DNA of 50,804 nucleotides from Dokdonia sp. (GTDB lineage: Bacteria > Bacteroidota > Bacteroidia > Flavobacteriales > Flavobacteriaceae). Positions 1 to 9,101 of this stretch are shown here, piece by piece; the first letter of the stretch is position 1, and each line of letters starts with the position of its first letter. Where the stretch lies: the NCBI GenBank assembly GCA_023299935.1, contig JALZVV010000098.1, positions 1-50,804 of the forward strand, in the 5' to 3' direction. Position numbers and translations under genes: made by a program. A model generated the notes under the pieces. That model worked only from the letters and a program-made list of their open reading frames with translations. It made no database searches and was not told the DNA's origin.

Positions 1-3000
1 GTAATGCGTTATACAGATGTATGGAATGACCTTACTGAAAAAATGGGTTATTGGGTAGATATGGAAGATCCGTATATCACCTACAAATCCAAGTATATGG
101 AGACTGTATGGTGGTTGCTTAAAAATATTTATAACAAAGATTTATTATATAAAGGTTATACAATACAGCCCTTTTCTCCTAAAGCAGGAACAGGTTTAAG
201 CTCACACGAACTTAATCAACCTGGTTGTTACCGTGATGTAACAGATACTACGGTTGTGGCTCAGTTTAAGGCTATAAAAGATCAACGTTTTGAAGCCTCA
301 CCTCTTGGAGGTGGTTTGGAAGGGGATATTTATTTCCTAGCTTGGACAACTACACCTTGGACATTGCCTTCTAATACCGCACTTACCGTTGGGAAGAAAA
401 TAGACTACGTACTTATAGAAACCTTTAATCAGTACACTTTTGAGCCTGTAAAAGTTATTCTTGCTAAGAATTTAGTTTCTAAGCAGTTTGATAAAAAGTT
501 TATTTCCGCTTCCGCGAAAGAAGAAATGGATGCCTACAATTCTGGTGACAAGAAAATACCATATCAAGTAATCCGCGAATTCAAAGGAGCAGACCTCCTA
601 GAATTGCGTTACGAGCAGTTGTTTGATTATGTATTACCTAATGATAATCCTCAAGATGCTTTTAGAGTCATTGCAGGAGACTTTGTTACTACAGAAGACG
701 GTACAGGAATCGTACATACAGCACCTACTTTTGGAGCAGATGATGCGCTAGTTGCAAAACAAGCCTCGCCAGAAGTGCCTCCACTACTTATTAAAGATGA
801 GAATGGAAACTTGGTGCCTTTGGTAGATCTCCAAGGAAAGTTTCGTCCGGAGATGAAGGAGTTTGGAAACAAATACATCAAAAACGAATATTATGATGAT
901 GGAGAAGCACCAGAAAAGTCTATGGACGTCGAGCTGGCTATCCGCCTCAAAGAAGAAAATAAAGCCTTTAAGGTAGAAAAGTATGTACACAGTTATCCAC
1001 ACTGCTGGCGTACCGATAAGCCTGTTTTATACTACCCATTAGACTCGTGGTTTATTAAAGTAACAGACTTTAAAGACCGTATGCACGAACTTAATTTAGG
1101 TATTAACTGGAAACCTAAAGCTACTGGAGAAGGACGTTTTGGAAACTGGCTTGCAAATGCTAACGACTGGAATTTATCCCGTAGCCGTTTTTGGGGAATT
1201 CCATTACCTATCTGGCGTACAGAAGATGGTACAGAAGAAATGCTCATAGGTTCTATAGCCGAGCTTAAAACCGAAATCCAAAAAGCATTAGACAAAGGTG
1301 TGATGGATAGCGACCCTTTTGCAGATTTTAAGGTGGGCGATATGAGCGATGAGAACTACGAGCTTGTAGACCTTCATAAAAACGTAGTAGACCGCATCAC
1401 GTTGGTTTCAGATTCTGGGCAAGCGATGACACGAGAAGCAGACCTTATAGATGTTTGGTTTGACTCTGGTAGTATGCCTTATGCACAATGGCATTACCCG
1501 TTTGAAAATAAAGAACTCGTAGAAAAAACTTGGCGCAAGGCAGATTTTATTGCAGAAGGGGTAGACCAGACTCGTGGTTGGTTTTATACCCTACACGCTA
1601 TTGCAACAATGACTTTTGACGATGTTGCCTATAAAAATGTGGTTTCTAACGGACTTGTACTAGACAAAAAAGGGCAAAAAATGTCTAAACGTCTCGGTAA
1701 TGCTGTAGATCCATTTGAGACATTATCTACCTACGGAGCAGATGCTACCCGCTGGTATATGATAAGCAATGCAAACCCTTGGGATAACCTTAAGTTTGAC
1801 CTAGAAGGGATAGAAGAGGTAAAACGTAAATTTTTCGGAACGCTATATAATACTTATGGTTTCTTTGCTTTATATGCCAATCTGGATAATTTCGCTTTCG
1901 CGGAAGCAGAAATTGACCTAGAAAAACGTCCAGAAATAGACCGCTGGATTCTATCTGAATTGCACACCCTAATCGCCAAAGTAGATAGCTTTTACTCAGA
2001 ATACGAGCCTACCAAAGCAACCAGAGCAATAGACAAATTTGTACAAGAAAACCTATCCAATTGGTTTGTGCGTCTCTCTAGAAGACGTTTCTGGAAAGGA
2101 AGCTATGGAGAAGATAAAATAAGCGCATACCAAACCTTATACACTTGCTTGCTTACCGTTGCAAAACTAGGTGCTCCCGTAGCCCCATTTTTTATGGAGC
2201 GCTTATATAAAGACCTCAACGTGGTAACTGGAAAAGAAAAAACAGAAAGTATACATTTATCACTTTTTCCAGAAAGTAACACGAGTTATATAGACAGTGG
2301 TTTAGAGCAAAAAATGCGCAAGGCACAAACGGTTAGTTCACTAGTGCTTTCGCTTAGGGCGAAAGAAAAAATCAAAGTACGCCAACCACTACAACGTATT
2401 ATGATTCCTGTGCTTACTCCTACCGAAAAAGAAGAGATTATAGCCGTTTCTGATTTAATCAAGTCTGAGGTTAATGTAAAAGAAATAGAACTTATAAGTG
2501 ATGATTCTGGCATATTAGTAAAACAAATCAAGCCTAACTTTAAAGTGCTAGGCCCTCGCTTTGGAAAAGATATGAAACTGATTGCTAATGCAATACAAGA
2601 TTTTGGTCCAGATCAAATCTCAAAAATTGAAAGAGATGGGCAACTAGATGTGGAAATTAACGGAAAAATGACTACTTTACTACTGTCAGACGTTGCGATA
2701 AGCTCTCAAGATATAGATGGGTGGCTAGTGGCTAGTCAAGCAGGCGTAACTGTCGCTTTAGACGTTACTATCTCAGACGAATTAAAAAAAGAAGGGGTAG
2801 CAAGAGAGTTGGTAAATCGTATACAAAACTTGCGTAAAGACTCTGGTTTTGAAGTAACAGATCGTATTAAAATAGTGTTACAAGAAGACACGTTAATTAA
2901 TCAAACTGTAGCAGATAACGCGGCTTATATTAAAACAGAAACACTAGCAGATTCACTAGAAGTGATGAACAAAGTAAAAGATGGCTTAGAAATAAGTTTT

Positions 3001-3039
3001 GATAACATAACAACCTATTTATCCATATCCAAAATGTAA
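1..3039 (+). CDS. ileS: Isoleucine--tRNA ligase (type 2, Bacteroidetes-like), 5'-truncated by the window edge
   Basis: WTTTPWTLPSN, GTGIVHTAP, YPHCWR, DWNLSRSRFWG, EGVDQTRGWF and KMSKR motifs. The HIGH motif is absent and the frame is open from base 1. Confidence 0.97.
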   Translation, partial: VMRYTDVWNDLTEKMGYWVDMEDPYITYKSKYMETVWWLLKNIYNKDLLYKGYTIQPFSPKAGTGLSSHELNQPGCYRDVTDTTVVAQFKAIKDQRFEASPLGGGLEGDIYFLAWTTTPWTLPSNTALTVGKKIDYVLIETFNQYTFEPVKVILAKNLVSKQFDKKFISASAKEEMDAYNSGDKKIPYQVIREFKGADLLELRYEQLFDYVLPNDNPQDAFRVIAGDFVTTEDGTGIVHTAPTFGADDALVAKQASPEVPPLLIKDENGNLVPLVDLQGKFRPEMKEFGNKYIKNEYYDDGEAPEKSMDVELAIRLKEENKAFKVEKYVHSYPHCWRTDKPVLYYPLDSWFIKVTDFKDRMHELNLGINWKPKATGEGRFGNWLANANDWNLSRSRFWGIPLPIWRTEDGTEEMLIGSIAELKTEIQKALDKGVMDSDPFADFKVGDMSDENYELVDLHKNVVDRITLVSDSGQAMTREADLIDVWFDSGSMPYAQWHYPFENKELVEKTWRKADFIAEGVDQTRGWFYTLHAIATMTFDDVAYKNVVSNGLVLDKKGQKMSKRLGNAVDPFETLSTYGADATRWYMISNANPWDNLKFDLEGIEEVKRKFFGTLYNTYGFFALYANLDNFAFAEAEIDLEKRPEIDRWILSELHTLIAKVDSFYSEYEPTKATRAIDKFVQENLSNWFVRLSRRRFWKGSYGEDKISAYQTLYTCLLTVAKLGAPVAPFFMERLYKDLNVVTGKEKTESIHLSLFPESNTSYIDSGLEQKMRKAQTVSSLVLSLRAKEKIKVRQPLQRIMIPVLTPTEKEEIIAVSDLIKSEVNVKEIELISDDSGILVKQIKPNFKVLGPRFGKDMKLIANAIQDFGPDQISKIERDGQLDVEINGKMTTLLLSDVAISSQDIDGWLVASQAGVTVALDVTISDELKKEGVARELVNRIQNLRKDSGFEVTDRIKIVLQEDTLINQTVADNAAYIKTETLADSLEVMNKVKDGLEISFDNITTYLSISKM
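507..520. repeat. Iterated palindrome copy 1 (1 mismatch), in ileS
   Basis: CGCTTCCGCGAAAG, encodes SASAK. Confidence 0.55.
1893..1907. repeat. Iterated palindrome copy 2 (1 mismatch), in ileS
   Basis: CGCTTTCGCGGAAGC, encodes AFAEA. Confidence 0.65.
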
Positions 3040-3043
3040 AGTT

Positions 3044-3424
3044 ATGGCAACCAATAAAGTAAAATACAGCGATAAAGAACTCGAAGAATTTAAAGTTCTT
3101 ATTCAAGCAAAGATTGATAAGGCACAGCACGATTTAGAACTTATCAAAAGTGCATACCTTAATGATGGTAATAATGGTACAGATGACACCTCTCCTCAGT
3201 TTAAATCTTTTGAAGAAGGAAGTACCACAATGAGTAAAGAGGCAAATAGTGCCCTTGCCATACGCCAAGAAAAGTTTATTCGTGACCTTAATAATGCTAT
3301 TACCAGAATTAATAATAAAACCTACGGAATTTGTAGAGTTACGGGCAAACTCATTAATCCTGAACGGTTAAAACTTGTACCTCACGCGACACTGAGCATA
3401 GAAGCAAAAAATATGCAAAGCTAA
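3044..3424 (+). CDS. dksA: TraR/DksA family protein, one-cysteine variant
   Basis: Coiled coil followed by YGICRVTGKLINPERL..P.ATLSI; lies between ileS and lspA. Confidence 0.85.
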   Translation: MATNKVKYSDKELEEFKVLIQAKIDKAQHDLELIKSAYLNDGNNGTDDTSPQFKSFEEGSTTMSKEANSALAIRQEKFIRDLNNAITRINNKTYGICRVTGKLINPERLKLVPHATLSIEAKNMQS

Positions 3425-3432
3425 AACCTTTT

Positions 3433-3458
3433 AAAAGCGTCCTAAAAGGGCGCTTTTT
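3433..3458 (+). terminator. Rho-independent terminator after ileS-dksA
   Basis: AAAAGCGTCC-TAAAA-GGGCGCTTTTT hairpin with T tract. Confidence 0.75.
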
Positions 3459-3469
3459 CACACTACTTA

Positions 3470-4090
3470 ATGAAAGCATTGCTATTATTATTGTCACTTC
3501 CTATGTGCCTTCTTGCCCAGAAACGCATTGAGAATACCTTTGATGCAAAGGGTATTAAGACCTTACATATCCATAGTGATGCCATTTTTAAAATAGCAAT
3601 AACGACTGAGGCGCTAGACAAAATAACCATAAAAACGATTATTGAAGGAGAAACCTATGAAAGCTCTGTTGTGAAAACAGTCATTGTAGGTGAACGGTTG
3701 GAAATAAGTACCGGGCGCTTACCTGATTTCATCCCTTTTAATGATAAGCTCTCAGCCCACAAGGTGCTTTCTATAGAGTTAGTCATTAGTATCCCTAAGG
3801 ATATTGATATTGATATTCGTTCGGTCCTAGCAGAGGTTTCCTTGCAGGGGGACTGCGGTTCCATTGCTATTAATCTAGGAAGAGGTGGGTTTATTGGGAA
3901 TGCGTTGCGCTTTCGCGAAAGCGCAATAAACACCATTTCTGGCAACATTACTCTCGCATTGTATGAAGAAGCTAGAATCACTTACCGTTCTAGAAACGGA
4001 ATGGTTGCGGTGCCTACTAATTTTAACAATGGTCCTCTTTGCCAGATACAAAGTATTCATGGTGATATAGAAGTGCTTCAAGTAAAGTAA
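3470..4090 (+). CDS. Secreted hypothetical protein, DUF4097/adhesin-like beta-repeat
   Basis: Signal peptide; repeated INTISGNI / SRNGMV / IQSIHGDI beta-turn motifs. Confidence 0.6.
   Translation: MKALLLLLSLPMCLLAQKRIENTFDAKGIKTLHIHSDAIFKIAITTEALDKITIKTIIEGETYESSVVKTVIVGERLEISTGRLPDFIPFNDKLSAHKVLSIELVISIPKDIDIDIRSVLAEVSLQGDCGSIAINLGRGGFIGNALRFRESAINTISGNITLALYEEARITYRSRNGMVAVPTNFNNGPLCQIQSIHGDIEVLQVK
3905..3926. repeat. Iterated palindrome copy 3 (22-bp perfect), in the DUF4097-like gene
   Basis: TTGCGCTTTCGCGAAAGCGCAA, encodes LRFRESA. Confidence 0.9.
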
Positions 4091-4096
4091 AAAGTT

Positions 4097-4104
4097 TATT
4101 TTTG
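4097..4104 (+). promoter_or_regulatory. Bacteroidetes -7 promoter element for lspA
   Basis: TATTTTTG matches TAnnTTTG, 18 nt before the ATG. Confidence 0.55.
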
Positions 4105-4122
4105 CGGTATTAAATTGCTTAT

Positions 4123-4746
4123 ATGTCTCTCAAAAAAGCCTTCTGCATTGTATTTCTGATTTTATTGATTGATCAATGTGTGAAAGTATATATCAAAACA
4201 CATTTCTATCTGGGAGAATCTGTTAAGGTTGTAGGTTGGGAATGGTTCCAGATTTATTTTGTAGAGAATGAGGGGGCCGCTTGGGGAGCACAATTACCAG
4301 GAGAATACGGGAAGTTAACCTTGTCTCTATTTAGACTTATTATCGCGCCCCTTATTGGATATTGGCTCATAAAGTCTGTAAAGGAAAATGCTCCAAAACT
4401 TCTAGTAATTGCTGTATCTCTTATTCTTGCCGGCGCTATTGGAAATATTATTGATTCATTATTGTATGGGGTTATTTTTGATGCTAGTAGCGTCACAACC
4501 AGAAACATAGCTACATTTCTACCTGAGTCTGGCGGGTATTCAAAACCTCTATATGGTAATGTAGTAGATATGCTGTATTTCCCATTTATTAAAAATGCCA
4601 CCTGGCCAGAATGGATACCGCTAATAGGCGGAAAAACATTTACCTTCTTTAATGCTATTTTTAATATTGCAGATATGGCGATTAGTACTGGCGTAGGAAT
4701 CTTGCTGGTTTTTAACAAAAGAGTATTCCCTAAAACTGAGAATTAA
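4123..4746 (+). CDS. lspA: Lipoprotein signal peptidase II
   Basis: DQ..K, ENEGAAWG, AGAIGNIID, VVDM and FNIADMAI motifs. Confidence 0.95.
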   Translation: MSLKKAFCIVFLILLIDQCVKVYIKTHFYLGESVKVVGWEWFQIYFVENEGAAWGAQLPGEYGKLTLSLFRLIIAPLIGYWLIKSVKENAPKLLVIAVSLILAGAIGNIIDSLLYGVIFDASSVTTRNIATFLPESGGYSKPLYGNVVDMLYFPFIKNATWPEWIPLIGGKTFTFFNAIFNIADMAISTGVGILLVFNKRVFPKTEN

Positions 4747-4754
4747 GCGTGCCA

Positions 4755-5324
4755 CTAAGACCCAAAGGAATATATCTTATGGGGCGAAACACAGTAATTC
4801 ATTGGCAAATCTGTCTCATTTAATGAAATAATTTCTTTCTCCGCAAGGAAATAAGACAATCCTATTTTTATTACATTATCCGAACATTTGGCTAAAAAAC
4901 GATCATAAAATCCTTTTCCGTAACCTGCTCTATTGCCATTCTTATCAAAAGCCAATAAGGGTAGGAAAACTACTTCTATCTCCTTAGGGTCAATTTTAAT
5001 GCCTCCTTCGGGTTCCGGTATTCCATATGCATTAACTACAATTTTTGTACTATCCGTTAAAAGATAATTAGTCATCTCCATGCTTTTAAAATCACTTTTT
5101 GAAAGTATGATGTGCTTATCCTTGCCCTGGAGAATACTCAATAGATATTGGGTATCTATTTCTAATTGTAGTTCTATAGGCAAAAAAATATGGTAGTAGG
5201 AGTAGTCCCAAATATCCATATCAATTGCTCGATTGGCGATCTCAAGACTATATTGATCTCTCTCTTCTGGAGAAATTTCTTTTCTTAAGGCCTTATTCTT
5301 CTTCCTCAGCGCTTCCTTGTCCAC
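4755..5324 (-). CDS. 5-formyltetrahydrofolate cyclo-ligase
   Basis: K..LRK start, YGIPEP, PLLAFD..GNRAGYGKGFYDRFL. Confidence 0.92.
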   Translation of the reverse strand: MDKEALRKKNKALRKEISPEERDQYSLEIANRAIDMDIWDYSYYHIFLPIELQLEIDTQYLLSILQGKDKHIILSKSDFKSMEMTNYLLTDSTKIVVNAYGIPEPEGGIKIDPKEIEVVFLPLLAFDKNGNRAGYGKGFYDRFLAKCSDNVIKIGLSYFLAEKEIISLNETDLPMNYCVSPHKIYSFGS

Positions 5325-6300
5325 TATTATTTACATCTCTAGAAATATTAAAAATTGCATCTCCTTGGTAAACTAATGATGCCTCGTTTACATTAATAAT
5401 ATAGCCATCTCTAGGGGCATTAATAGGATGTCTAAATCTACCATAAGGGTCAGTAATGGTTGCGATTTTCTGGCCTTTCTCTACAAACTGACCACAAACC
5501 ACCTTAATATGCAATAAACCGCTATATTTTGCCCTAAGCCATCTTGTCGATTCTACCAGCACAGACTCTGCTACTGGCTTAGGTACTTCAAAAGTATCAT
5601 CTAACATTCCTAGATGATTCAGTATTCTCATTGCTCCTTCCACTCCCTCTTTTGCAATAGATTTATCACTTACTTTAGACTTCCCTCCTTCAAAAAGTAA
5701 AATGGGAATTCCTAGTCTCGAACAAGTAGACCGAAACGACTTAGGAATGATTTTAGAATTGAGAGTAAATGGAGCGTTAAAAATATCTGCATACTCCCTT
5801 GTTACTAAATTTGTTGGATCTACTCGGGTCTGTGCCACATTAAAACGACTTGCGCCACCAGTGTGAAAATCTAAACAGAAATCTGCCACTGGAAGTATTT
5901 TTTTTACAAATTGATATGCAAATCTACTCGCCAAGGAGCCGCGTGGATTTCCTGGAAAAACTCTGTTAAGATCACGGCCATCTGGAAAGGCTCTTTTCAT
6001 ATCCAAAAAGCCAAAAATATTAAGTACCGGAATACAAATTATGGTTCCTTTTTTAGGCTTATTAATCTTCTTTGCAATAATCTGCCGTACAATTTCCACC
6101 CCATTTATTTCATCCCCATGAATTCCTGAGGTCATGAGTACTACTGGTCCTTTCTTTTTTGCCCGCTCAACGATTATAGGCACTTCTACCGTAGAAGTGG
6201 TATATAACTTTGCAAGATTAAAGTTTACTGTAGCACTAGCGCCTGGAGGAATCTCTTGCCCTAAAAGGGTTAATACGTTGTTCTTATCTATTGCTTTCAT
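5293..6300 (-). CDS. Succinylglutamate desuccinylase/aspartoacylase family (M14) protein
   Basis: GIHGDEING, DLNRVFPG, DFHTGG motifs and a C-terminal biotinyl-like domain. Confidence 0.9.
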   Translation of the reverse strand: MKAIDKNNVLTLLGQEIPPGASATVNFNLAKLYTTSTVEVPIIVERAKKKGPVVLMTSGIHGDEINGVEIVRQIIAKKINKPKKGTIICIPVLNIFGFLDMKRAFPDGRDLNRVFPGNPRGSLASRFAYQFVKKILPVADFCLDFHTGGASRFNVAQTRVDPTNLVTREYADIFNAPFTLNSKIIPKSFRSTCSRLGIPILLFEGGKSKVSDKSIAKEGVEGAMRILNHLGMLDDTFEVPKPVAESVLVESTRWLRAKYSGLLHIKVVCGQFVEKGQKIATITDPYGRFRHPINAPRDGYIINVNEASLVYQGDAIFNISRDVNNSGQGSAEEEE

Positions 6301-6301
6301 G

Positions 6302-7177
6302 CTATTTTTTATTGCGCTCTATATAACTAATAATTTCGCTGGCTATGTCAGTTCCTGTTGCTCTCTCAATACCTTCCAAGCCTGGAGAGGAATTCACTTC
6401 TAGAATTAATGGCCCTCGCGCACTAGGTAACATGTCTACTCCTGCTACACCTAATTTCATTGTTGCCGCTGCTTGTATTGCTGCTTGCTCTTCTTCGCGA
6501 GTAAGCGTTATAATACGCGCTGTACCTCCGCGATGTAAATTGGAGCGAAACTCCCCTTCCCTAGCCTGTCTCTTCATAGCCCCAACGATTTTGCCATCTA
6601 CTACAAAAGCTCTAATATCTGTTCCTTTTGCCTCTTTTATAAATTCTTGAACAATAACCCTAGCTTCCAGTCCATTAAAGGCTTCGATAACTGATTCTGC
6701 AGCAGTTTCGGTTTCGGCAAGTACAACGCCCAAGCCTTGAGTCCCTTCTAGTAATTTTATAACAAGTGGGACGCCGCCTACACTGTCTATAACACTTTTT
6801 ACATCTCTAGAGTAGTTGGTAAATATCGTTTTGGGTAATCCTAAATCTGCCTTAGACAATAACTGCAAACTACGCAGCTTATCTCTGCTTCGTATCAATG
6901 CCTGAGAAGTTGTTGTTGTAAAAACTCCCATCATCTCAAACTGACGAACAACAGCTGTCCCATAATAGGTTATAGACGCTCCAATGCGCGGGATTATAGC
7001 ATCTGTGGTGTCAAGAAACCTTCCTTTATAGTTAACCGTTGGTTGTTCTTTTTCAATGATCAGATCACAACGTAATGGATCTATAACCTCCACACTATGA
7101 CCTCTTTTTAATCCCTCCTCTACCAATCGTTTGGTGGAATACAAATGAGAATTTCTAGAAAGTATTTTAAGATTCAT
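6302..7177 (-). CDS. rimK: RimK family alpha-L-glutamate ligase (ATP-grasp)
   Basis: [50 protein letters not shown]. Confidence 0.93.
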   Translation of the reverse strand: MNLKILSRNSHLYSTKRLVEEGLKRGHSVEVIDPLRCDLIIEKEQPTVNYKGRFLDTTDAIIPRIGASITYYGTAVVRQFEMMGVFTTTTSQALIRSRDKLRSLQLLSKADLGLPKTIFTNYSRDVKSVIDSVGGVPLVIKLLEGTQGLGVVLAETETAAESVIEAFNGLEARVIVQEFIKEAKGTDIRAFVVDGKIVGAMKRQAREGEFRSNLHRGGTARIITLTREEEQAAIQAAATMKLGVAGVDMLPSARGPLILEVNSSPGLEGIERATGTDIASEIISYIERNKK

Positions 7178-7262
7178 GCAGTACTAGATATGTAAAATTT
7201 ATTCTAGTTGCAATTTACGTATTTCTAAAAACTGATAAAGGCAAGTTTTATAGTATTTTTCA

Positions 7263-7278
7263 CGCTTTCGCGAAAGCG
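7263..7278. repeat. Iterated palindrome copy 4, intergenic rimK/uvrC
   Basis: CGCTTTCGCGAAAGCG. Confidence 0.9.
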
Positions 7279-7306
7279 CACTCCATAAGAATATATATCT
7301 TTGAGT

Positions 7307-9097
7307 ATGCCAGCAGCAGCTTTAGACATACAAATTAAGACCCTGCCCGCCAGTCCTGGTATTTATCAATATTTTGATAAGGATGAGAAATTGCTTTATG
7401 TGGGCAAAGCCAAAAACCTCAAGAAAAGGGTTCAATCATACTTTAATAAGATACAAGACAACGGCCGTATACGTACAATGGTCAAAAAAATAGTAGATAT
7501 AAAGCACATTGTTGTCGCCACCGAAACAGACGCTTTATTGCTTGAAAATAATTTAATCAAAAAGTACCAACCCCGATACAATGTCCTGCTTAAAGATGAT
7601 AAAAGTTATCCTTGGATTTGTATAAAGAATGAGCGCTTCCCAAGAGTCTTCCCAACAAGACGTGTTATTAAGGATGGCAGTGAATATTTTGGCCCATACA
7701 CCAGTATGAAAACGGTTAAGACGCTACTGGACTTGATTAAAAGTTTGTACAAACTACGTACTTGCAACTATGACCTATCCAAGGAAAAGATAGATGCTGG
7801 CAAGTTTAAAGTATGCCTAGAGTTTCACCTTGGAAACTGTAAAGGAGCCTGTGAAAACAGAGAGTCTGAAACAGAATATCGCAAGCACATTGAGCATATA
7901 CGCCAGATTGTAAAAGGTGATTTTAAAAGTTCTTTAGAACAGTTTAGAAATCAGATGAAAGCCCACGCTCAGGCCATGGAGTTTGAAGATGCTCAACGGA
8001 TTAAGGAAAAATTAGATGTACTAGAAAACTATCAATCAAAAAGTACCGTCGTTAACCCCAAGATTAATAATGTAGACGTGTTTTCTATTATAAGCGACGA
8101 AGGCTATGGCTATGTAAATTTTTTGCAAATTGCGCATGGTGCCATAATACGCTCGCATACCTTAGAACTGAAAAAACGTCTGGATGAGACAGATCAGGAG
8201 CTTCTAGAACTGGGTATTGTAGAGATACGACAGCGTTTTGACTCTCATTCTAAAGAGCTTTATATTCCTATGCAGCTGGCCTTAGGTGATGGTTTAAAAA
8301 TTACCGTTCCTAAGTTAGGAGACAAGAAAAGAATACTCGAGCTATCCGAAAGAAACGCAAAGTACTTTAGAATGGAGCGTTTTAAGCAGACTAAAATTGT
8401 GGATCCAGACAGGCATTCTAATAGGATTATGGCTCAAATGAAAGTTGATTTACGATTATCTCAAGAGCCCAGACATATTGAATGCTTTGACAATTCTAAT
8501 ATACAAGGAACAAACCCCGTTGCCGCCTGCGTTGTTTTTAAGAACGGAAAAGCGAGTAAAAAAGACTATCGCAAATTCAATATTAAAACGGTAGAAGGTC
8601 CTGATGATTTTGCTAGTATGGAAGAAGTCGTTTTTAGACGGTATAAAAGACTTTTAAATGAAGAAGAAGCCTTGCCCCAGCTCATTATAGTAGATGGAGG
8701 CAAGGGCCAACTCTCTAGTGGCGTGAAGGCTCTCGAAGCTTTGGGTTTACGAGGGAAAATTGCGATTGTGGGTATTGCTAAGCGGCTAGAGGAGATTTAT
8801 TATCCTGGTGACAGTATCCCTTTGTATCTCGATAAAAAAAGTGAAACTCTTAAAATTATACAGCAATTGCGTAATGAAGCCCACCGTTTTGGTATTACTT
8901 TTCATAGAAATAAAAGAAGTAATGCAGCTTTAGGAACAGAGCTCTCTACCATAATAGGTATAGGTGAAAAAACCAGTGTAGAATTATTAAAACATTTTAG
9001 ATCCATTTCGAAAATTAAAGAAGCTAGCAAAAATAGCCTTGCAGAAATTGTAGGCAATGCAAAAGCGCAGATCGTATACAATCATTATCATAGTTAA
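7307..9097 (+). CDS. uvrC: Excinuclease ABC subunit C
   Basis: GIY-YIG (PGIYQ..YVGKAKNL), ECFDNS, DGGKGQL and C-terminal HhH. ATG at 7307 chosen; TTG at 7301 is possible. Confidence 0.96.
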   Translation: MPAAALDIQIKTLPASPGIYQYFDKDEKLLYVGKAKNLKKRVQSYFNKIQDNGRIRTMVKKIVDIKHIVVATETDALLLENNLIKKYQPRYNVLLKDDKSYPWICIKNERFPRVFPTRRVIKDGSEYFGPYTSMKTVKTLLDLIKSLYKLRTCNYDLSKEKIDAGKFKVCLEFHLGNCKGACENRESETEYRKHIEHIRQIVKGDFKSSLEQFRNQMKAHAQAMEFEDAQRIKEKLDVLENYQSKSTVVNPKINNVDVFSIISDEGYGYVNFLQIAHGAIIRSHTLELKKRLDETDQELLELGIVEIRQRFDSHSKELYIPMQLALGDGLKITVPKLGDKKRILELSERNAKYFRMERFKQTKIVDPDRHSNRIMAQMKVDLRLSQEPRHIECFDNSNIQGTNPVAACVVFKNGKASKKDYRKFNIKTVEGPDDFASMEEVVFRRYKRLLNEEEALPQLIIVDGGKGQLSSGVKALEALGLRGKIAIVGIAKRLEEIYYPGDSIPLYLDKKSETLKIIQQLRNEAHRFGITFHRNKRSNAALGTELSTIIGIGEKTSVELLKHFRSISKIKEASKNSLAEIVGNAKAQIVYNHYHS

Positions 9098-9101
9098 ACC
9101 C

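Noticed and set aside
2347-2365. CTTTCGC-TTAGG-GCGAAAG in ileS, resembling a split copy of the palindrome
   Set aside because: It has a 5-nt interruption and lies in a conserved-looking LSLR.KEK segment, so it may be chance; not counted.
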